A stretch of 24,000 bases of DNA from Mobilitalea sibirica (GTDB lineage: Bacteria > Bacillota > Clostridia > Lachnospirales > Lachnospiraceae): contig NZ_JAEAGR010000001.1 in the NCBI RefSeq assembly GCF_015999265.1, positions 387,330 to 411,329 on the forward strand. Direction: 5' to 3'. A program made the position numbers and the translations under genes. Positions 22,217 to 24,000 of this stretch are shown here, one piece after another. Positions within the stretch are counted from its first letter, which is position 1, and each line of letters begins with the position of its first letter. Below the pieces are notes generated by a model. That model searched no databases. It had not been told where the DNA came from and saw only the letters and a list, made by a program, of their open reading frames with translations.

Positions 22217-24000
22217 ATGAAAAAGAAAATATCAATCATAATGAGTTGTTTACTACTGCTTTTAACTCTATCAGGATGTAGCAATGGAGGTAAAGGAGAT
22301 AAGGAGAAGGAGAATATCACTGTAGAAGATAAAATCACTATTGGAAGATATGTGGAAGAGACAATTGACTTTCCAAAAGAAGTAGATCCGGACGACTATA
22401 TCTCTCTTACGGTTACTCCCTATGGAATTATAGAGCTATATACATATAATAACTTTGGTTTTTATGAAAAATATGTGTATACCGATAAAGAATGGACCAA
22501 AGAAAATGCAGATGAGTTACAAGTTTTTAATAGAACCAATACGATGCGAATTACAGATGTATTTTACGGTGAGGATGGGAGACAGTATTTATTAGGTAAC
22601 TCCACAGGATATAAGAATGCATTCTATAGACTTTCTGACCAAGGAGAATATGAGAAGGTAGAAATTAAAAAATTTGAGGAGAAATATACAGACCTTGATA
22701 TGTTCTATAGGCCGGTGATTATAAAAGTTCTTAAGAATGGTATGATAGCCGCTAGTTATCTAAGGGGAGAAATTGAAGTATATTCGTCGGATGGACAGTC
22801 AGTAGAAGCTGAGCTTACCAGTAGTTATGACGCTAAAATCACGGTGGAAGAGAATAACCTATACTATACAAGTCAAAATAATGATGAATTATTGACCATT
22901 AATATGGAAACCAAAGAAGAAGGAACACCCAGAGCTATCGAGATTGATTTATCGAATATAGGCATCTTAGAGTATGACAGTACAACGGCATATTTCTGTG
23001 ATACCTCCGGAATACACCTAAATAAGGAGGGAAGCTCCCTATGGGAAACCATCGTGGATGGCAATCAAAGCAGTCTGAATATGCCATCCCTCACCCTTTC
23101 TAAATTTATTGTAGGAGCCGAGGATGACTTTTACTGTGTGTATCAGGATACCAATAAAGCGGTTATAAAGTATTTATATTATGATGAAAACTTGAGTACG
23201 ATACCTTCGGTCGAGCTTTCGATCTTTTCTTTGACGGATAGCAAGACGATCCGTCAGGCAATAGCGATGTTTCGTGAAAGCCATCCGGATGTGTTTGTTA
23301 ATTACCGGGTAGCAAAACAAGATCAGGGTAAATATTATACATATGGAATTGAAGACCCGGAACAAACAGTAACGGACACGGATTATATCAAAACCTTGAA
23401 TACGGAACTCTTGTCGTCAAAAGGAGCGGATATCTTAGTGTTAGACGGTCTACCGATCGATTCCTATATAGAAAAGGGTGTTCTTGAGGATATGGGTAGC
23501 ATCTTTACTCCAATGTTGGAAAACGGAGAACTTATAGAAAATATCGCAGATAATTATATCGATGATGGTAAGGTTTATGCTATGCCGGTTCGATTTAAGT
23601 TTCCAATTATTTATGGTAATGCGGAGGCTGTGAATTTTGCCGGTTCAATAAAGGAGCTTGCTGACTATACTAAAAGTAACCAAGAGATACCTTTACTATA
23701 TGAAAGTAATTATCGGGCCTTGGCAGCTTGGTTTTTATTGATCTATTATGATCAGATTTTGAATGATAAGAATGTTATCGATGAAGGAATGCTTCAGGAT
23801 TTTTTAGAAGCTATGAATATTATAGCTTCTAACATTGGAGCTTCTGACGATGCAGTCTTAGACCATTTGGGTAAATCCACAGGGTATGTCGAATATGGTT
23901 ATTGGGTAAGTGCAGTCGGGGATGTACATAAAAAATTAATACAAAGTAATATAGGTTTGATGAATGGAATCGCTGATTTTGCAATACCATTGGTAGCAGC
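22217..24000 (+). CDS. Paralogous lipoprotein (copy 2), 3' end outside the window
   Basis: It is not in the ORF track because no stop is reached. I translated 22217-24000 and found no stop codon. It is collinear with copy 1 at a constant +2262 nt offset with no indels. The signal peptide and lipobox are identical, and it is roughly 90-95% identical overall by eye. Confidence 0.85.
   Translation, partial: MKKKISIIMSCLLLLLTLSGCSNGGKGDKEKENITVEDKITIGRYVEETIDFPKEVDPDDYISLTVTPYGIIELYTYNNFGFYEKYVYTDKEWTKENADELQVFNRTNTMRITDVFYGEDGRQYLLGNSTGYKNAFYRLSDQGEYEKVEIKKFEEKYTDLDMFYRPVIIKVLKNGMIAASYLRGEIEVYSSDGQSVEAELTSSYDAKITVEENNLYYTSQNNDELLTINMETKEEGTPRAIEIDLSNIGILEYDSTTAYFCDTSGIHLNKEGSSLWETIVDGNQSSLNMPSLTLSKFIVGAEDDFYCVYQDTNKAVIKYLYYDENLSTIPSVELSIFSLTDSKTIRQAIAMFRESHPDVFVNYRVAKQDQGKYYTYGIEDPEQTVTDTDYIKTLNTELLSSKGADILVLDGLPIDSYIEKGVLEDMGSIFTPMLENGELIENIADNYIDDGKVYAMPVRFKFPIIYGNAEAVNFAGSIKELADYTKSNQEIPLLYESNYRALAAWFLLIYYDQILNDKNVIDEGMLQDFLEAMNIIASNIGASDDAVLDHLGKSTGYVEYGYWVSAVGDVHKKLIQSNIGLMNGIADFAIPLVA

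Larger units (their letters stand above)
19937..24000 (+). repeat. Tandem direct duplication, unit 2262 bp (unit 1 is 19937-22198; unit 2 is 22199 to the window end)
   Basis: Identity begins at GAATAGGAGAGTTTTAGTATG (19937 and 22199). The offset is exactly 2262 nt at the start codons (19955/22217) and again near the window end (21663/23925). The duplicated antisense ORFs in the track (20611-20802 = 22873-23064; 20912-21103 = 23174-23365) are a by-product. Confidence 0.95.

Noticed and set aside
1-24000. Search for tRNA, rRNA, CRISPR repeats, transposase, integrase or phage genes and defence-system hallmarks
   Set aside because: I recognised none. There are no regularly spaced short repeats, no cloverleaf-like conserved segments, and no recombinase, nuclease or ATPase defence-type ORFs. 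All large ORFs are accounted for by the calls above.

Overview
This is a chromosomal window from a low-GC Gram-positive genome that looks like Clostridia: AT-rich, GGAGG ribosome-binding sites, Dfx/rubredoxin anaerobe markers and Ku/LigD. I support 19 protein-coding genes and found no rRNA, tRNA, CRISPR array, transposase or integrase. Gene order, left to right: (1) a chemosensory/c-di-GMP block on the + strand: CheW (3' fragment), MCP, CheB, a 1088-aa Cache-HAMP-HisKA-HATPase-REC-REC-HPt hybrid kinase, and a REC-GGDEF cyclase; (2) a Dak2(FakA-like)-DegV fusion gene followed after 29 nt by a heliorhodopsin gene; (3) after a 375-nt AT-rich spacer holding a perfect 18-nt-arm palindrome, a tight operon of DUF523/DUF1722 (TudS/YbgA-like), DUF1295 and DUF2177 membrane proteins; (4) rubredoxin (missing from the ORF track), desulfoferrodoxin and ferritin; (5) a Ku-LigD NHEJ operon; (6) a minus-strand OmpR-type response regulator and histidine kinase; (7) two tandem paralogous ~742-aa lipoprotein genes (2262-bp repeat unit, second copy runs off the window) with strongly mosaic identity. 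The most interesting signal is the heliorhodopsin. It appears co-transcribed with a fatty-acid-kinase-like fusion and sits beside families I recall from photolyase and singlet-oxygen regulons, followed by ROS-detoxification and DNA-break-repair genes. This suggests a light-linked membrane/oxidative-damage module that, as far as I recall, has not been described. All family assignments come from motif recognition by eye and need HMM or BLAST confirmation.
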